A stretch of 64,000 nt of DNA from an uncultured Nitrososphaerales archaeon (GTDB taxonomy: Archaea; Thermoproteota; Nitrososphaeria; Nitrososphaerales; Nitrososphaeraceae), in the NCBI GenBank assembly GCA_963695855.1, contig CAVOHZ010000010.1:1280001-1344000 (forward strand), in the 5' to 3' direction. The notes under the pieces were generated by a model, which saw nothing but the letters and a program-made list of their open reading frames with translations, made no database searches and had not been told where the DNA came from. Both the position numbers and the translations under genes were made by a program. This document shows, in pieces, positions 63,017 to 64,000 of this stretch (positions within the stretch are counted from its first letter, which is position 1; each line of letters starts with the position of its first letter).

Positions 63017-63586
63017 TTGGCTAAAATTGCTATTATAGTTGGATCTGTAAGACAAAATAGACAAGGTATCAAAGTTGCTCGTTGGATGGAAGAAAAATTA
63101 AAAGAGAGAGATCATATCGTCTATTTTATAGATCCAGTCGAACTCAATTTACCACTTTTAGATAAAATGTACAAGGAGATTATAGATCCACCAGAAAATC
63201 TAAAAAAATTGAGAAATCAAATTGTAGAAGCAGATGGATATATGCCCATAACTCCAGAATATAATCATAGCACCTCTGCAGCAATGAAAAATACGCTAGA
63301 TTATTTTCTTGAAGAATATTATTTTAAGCCTTCAGCGGTTGTATCATATTCTGTTGGTGGATCTGGAGGTGTTAATGCTGTACAACATCTTAGAGTAATA
63401 TTTGCAGAATTAGGAGCACCATCTATTTCATCATCATTTTCAATATCCAAAGTTCAAGATGTATTCGATGATGCTGGTAGATTAAGAAATCCACTTTATG
63501 ATAAAAGAGTAAAACGATTTATTGAAGAATTTGAATGGTATATAGACGCATTCAAAAATCAACGCGCCAAAGGCACTCCGTATTGA
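63017..63586 (+). CDS. NADPH-dependent FMN reductase
   Basis: GSVR, TPEYNHS...KNTLD motifs. Confidence 0.93.
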   Translation: MAKIAIIVGSVRQNRQGIKVARWMEEKLKERDHIVYFIDPVELNLPLLDKMYKEIIDPPENLKKLRNQIVEADGYMPITPEYNHSTSAAMKNTLDYFLEEYYFKPSAVVSYSVGGSGGVNAVQHLRVIFAELGAPSISSSFSISKVQDVFDDAGRLRNPLYDKRVKRFIEEFEWYIDAFKNQRAKGTPY

Positions 63587-63945
63587 AGAGGAAAAATTTT
63601 AGTATTTTTAGATTATAACAAAAAAAATATTTTACATAAAATATTAAAAATACTTATTATCTGTTTAAAAAATACTAAAGCTAAGAGTAGGTTTTAAAAC
63701 CTTCTATAAAGTGGGACAAGCTACTTTTTTTATTTAATTTAATAATTCTATAACTTGCCATGTTTTATGTAGAATAAAATTAGTAAATAGAGTATATTTC
63801 TAGAACTGACAAATTGGCATTGAAACTTAATATCCAATAGGTTGAGATATATCGAAAAAATTCTTTCTTATAGACACTTGTCTTTCTATTAATAATTTTA
63901 TTTCCAATAGCGTACTAATTAAATAAAAGAAAAAGGGTATTGATC

Positions 63946-64000
63946 ATGGATATGAAATTAGAAGTTTTGTTCATACCTGTCTCTGACGTCGATCGGGCCA
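63946..64000 (+). CDS. glyoxalase/VOC protein (runs off the window)
   Basis: MDMKLEVLFIPVSDVDRA. Confidence 0.65.
   Translation, partial: MDMKLEVLFIPVSDVDRA

Overview
AT-rich archaeal DNA, most consistent with a soil ammonia-oxidising archaeon of the Nitrososphaeraceae (TFB paralogue, primase with a PriX-like C-terminus, F420-type PPOX, typical secreted proteins). The whole window behaves like a decaying accessory region with many pseudogenes and IS6/IS5 remnants. Two systems stand out. (1) About 13 co-oriented sites built on the 3' end of a tRNA (Lys-like), with interchangeable left and right arms, are spread over 2-49 kb. They separate small accessory gene blocks, and three are followed by N-terminal integrase stubs. 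A second tRNA(Ser)-like site family is also present. This suggests tRNA-anchored serial gene capture. (2) A 15.6-kb element (11681-27283) is inserted into an IS6 pseudogene with a 9-bp direct repeat. It encodes a tyrosine integrase, an AEP primase, an SF3 helicase with internal iteron-like repeats and TerS/TerL, but no recognisable capsid, portal or tail genes, so it is a candidate archaeal virus satellite. A truncated sibling lies at about 50.24-51.47 kb. All calls come from reading motifs by eye; no database searches were run.
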